Assembly (NCBI GenBank): GCA_026026165.1
Contig: JAPEUD010000038.1
Coordinates: 62,001-126,000 of the forward strand
Source: Sarea resinae
Lineage: Eukaryota
Length of the DNA stretch: 64,000 bases
Direction: 5' to 3'
Part shown: in pieces, positions 61,957 to 64,000 of the stretch
Position numbering within the stretch: position 1 is the stretch's first letter
Layout of the letters: every line of letters starts with the position of its first letter
The notes under the pieces: model-generated
Told to the model about the DNA's origin: nothing
The model's database searches: none
What the model saw: only the letters and a program-made list of their open reading frames with translations
Translations under genes and position numbers: made by a program

Positions 61957-64000
61957 TCATACGAACTCATCCACCTCAAAGCCCAGTGCCGTGTCTACTA
62001 CGCCGGCATCAGCACCAGCATTAGCACCAGTACCAGCACTAGCACCAACACCACCACCACTACCACCATCTACACCACCAATACCCAAAGCACTAACCAA
62101 AAACGTCCCAACAGCACTGACGACACTAACAGCCGCATCCACGAGATCCCAGGCGTGAGCCACGGGACTGGTGAGATAGTTCAGCGTGGCGAAGGGCGGT
62201 CGGGGCGCGTGGATGTTGACGCCATAGCCGTCCATTGTGGACGCGTAGGTCGGATGCGCGTAAAGGTACCTGTTTTTCGTGTTTTTCGTTAGCGTTGTAT
62301 GTGTGTGTGTGTGTGTATATCAGAGCTGGGTGGTGGAGGGTGAGGATGGGGTCGGTAGGAAGAAAGAAGAAGGGAAGAAGGGAAGAAGGGAGGGTGAAGA
62401 CTGGGGTGCAGATAGACGTACCAGATCGTAAACTCCGAGATGCCGTAAAGGAGAATGATCATGGTAAGGTAACCTAGAGTCGTCGGTCGAATGCCAAGCA
62501 CGTCCGGAGTGTGGTAGTAGAGGGGATTTAGTAGTTGGTGAGGGCCAGAAGAAGATGATGACGATGATGAGTACGTTTTCTTATTATTGTTGATGCTATT
62601 GCTTCCGCCGGCGTGGCCGCAATGCTCACATACCCTAGCTGCCTCTTTATCCAACTTCATCTCTTTCTTCATCATCTTCCTCTTCTCCTTCACAACGTCG
62701 ATAAGTCGATTGGCCTTGTTATTAGCTGGCCCAGCATCTACATCGTCATTGTCCTCCTTTTCGGAGTCCGAATGACTGACCCGCGTCTCCAGACCCTCGA
62801 TACCACGCTTGGCATCGCGGATGCTGAGACGGAGTTTATCCAGCCGACGATTCATGCGCTCAAAGGCTGCGATCTCGAGGGCGCGCGCTCTGTCTGTGCC
62901 CTGAACAGACGGTTCTAGTGCTGCGCCTTCATTCTCCATATCGTTGTTATCGTTGTTGGTGTTCTTGACATCGCCAGAGACAGGATTATGCTCCTTTTCG
63001 TTGCTGGGGTCATTGTTGTCGCTATTGTTATACTCGTCGGTCAAGTACACATCCAAGTTATGAAGCCGACTGTACTCAGGTGAGAAGACGAATGAGTCCT
63101 CGATGGGCGAGGTGGGATAGAGAGTCATGGGGGATGATTCACCGCTCGGGATGGGCGACGAGTCTTGATTTTCGCCTTCGCCCGAGAGAAAAGAGCTTTC
63201 GAGGTTCTGAGTCGCGCCGATGAGGGATTCTAGAGAATCGAGTGTCGAGTCCGTGAGGTTTTCAATGTCATATTCGCCGTTATTTTCAGCGTGGGCAGCA
63301 TCAGTGCTTCCCTTCTTGTCTTCACTTTTGTTGTCCTTATATTCTTTCTTGTCTCCATTCTTCTGTTCCTTCATCTCTTCGTTCCGGTCTTCGTTTTCGA
63401 GTCCATTCTTGTTCATCTCGTCAAGTTTATCATCTTCGTTGCCTGATGTACGAACGTCAGTAGAGATCGAGATGTTCCGATTGTCGTTCTCTTTTTCGTC
63501 AATCGATGAGGGGATTGTAGTAGAGGTGGAGATGCGCCTGTTGTTGGCCTTTCTTCCGTTATTCTTCTTGATGAATACAATGTCGGCGGGGGATTTGCGC
63601 GGCCTGTTAGGCTTCTTAGTCTCCCTCATCAAGGCCTCCAGTGCTGATTTCGGCCTATTTGGCCCGTCATATGTGGCTATAGGTGCCGCAGGCTTTCCAG
63701 ACGGCGGTCGATACTGCAATCGTGCACTGTACTCCTGGGGGGGAAGCGGCGTGTCTAGCCATCCCCCTGTGACAATGGGGGTCTTGGCTGGTGGGGTAGT
63801 GGTGGGCTTCGAGGGTTCGGATGTATATCTTCTTTGTACTCTGTTGGGCATTGCAGTGTTACTTACACTCCCTGCCTTGGTGATTTGTTCCATGATATTC
63901 ATGTGGCGATCCTCCAACGCCTTGTCATCCAAGGATGATGAAATATCGGTCCTTGCTGTCTTCATCATCGAATCGCTCATCCGAGAGGACGGCACTGGAC
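61957..64000 (-). CDS. Large low-complexity hypothetical protein with coiled coil and C-terminal TM segment; 5' end lies outside the window
   Basis: ORF open from the window edge to a donor at 62421 (GTACGT), branch GCTAAC, acceptor 62270, last exon WYLYAHPTYASTMDGYGVNIHAPRPPF...FV*. Coiled coil ERMNRRLDKLRLSIRDAKRGIEGLE. Confidence 0.72.

Overview
Gene-dense, intron-containing eukaryotic DNA from a filamentous ascomycete (Pezizomycotina-type GT-AG introns with CTRAC branch points). About 20 protein-coding genes were assembled by hand: HOF1/Cdc15-like F-BAR (partial), NOT1, a GRE2-like reductase, TVP18, NTF2, TBP, a PTS1-bearing pipecolate/sarcosine-type oxidase, an OMS1-like methyltransferase, a GDS1-like protein, ETF-ubiquinone oxidoreductase, a two-RRM SR splicing factor, PEX14, NDC80, an SCI1-like protein, a small Cys-bracketed protein, a UPF0132-like membrane protein, Ish1/Msc1, two hypotheticals, AIM21-like and a partial hypothetical. 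I recognised no tRNA, rRNA, snRNA, CRISPR array or intact transposon, and found no clearly new multi-gene system. The most interesting signals are post-transcriptional: a poison 3' splice site and a 6-nt microexon in the SR gene, a 7-nt microexon in PEX14, a rare GAG acceptor, two minimal uORFs plus an open in-frame extension ahead of the GDS1-like gene, and a ~0.96 kb ATG-free stretch upstream of TBP. Also noted are GTAC-rich promoters and SSR islands flanked by GC3-rich gene ends. Family assignments come from recalled motifs, not database searches.
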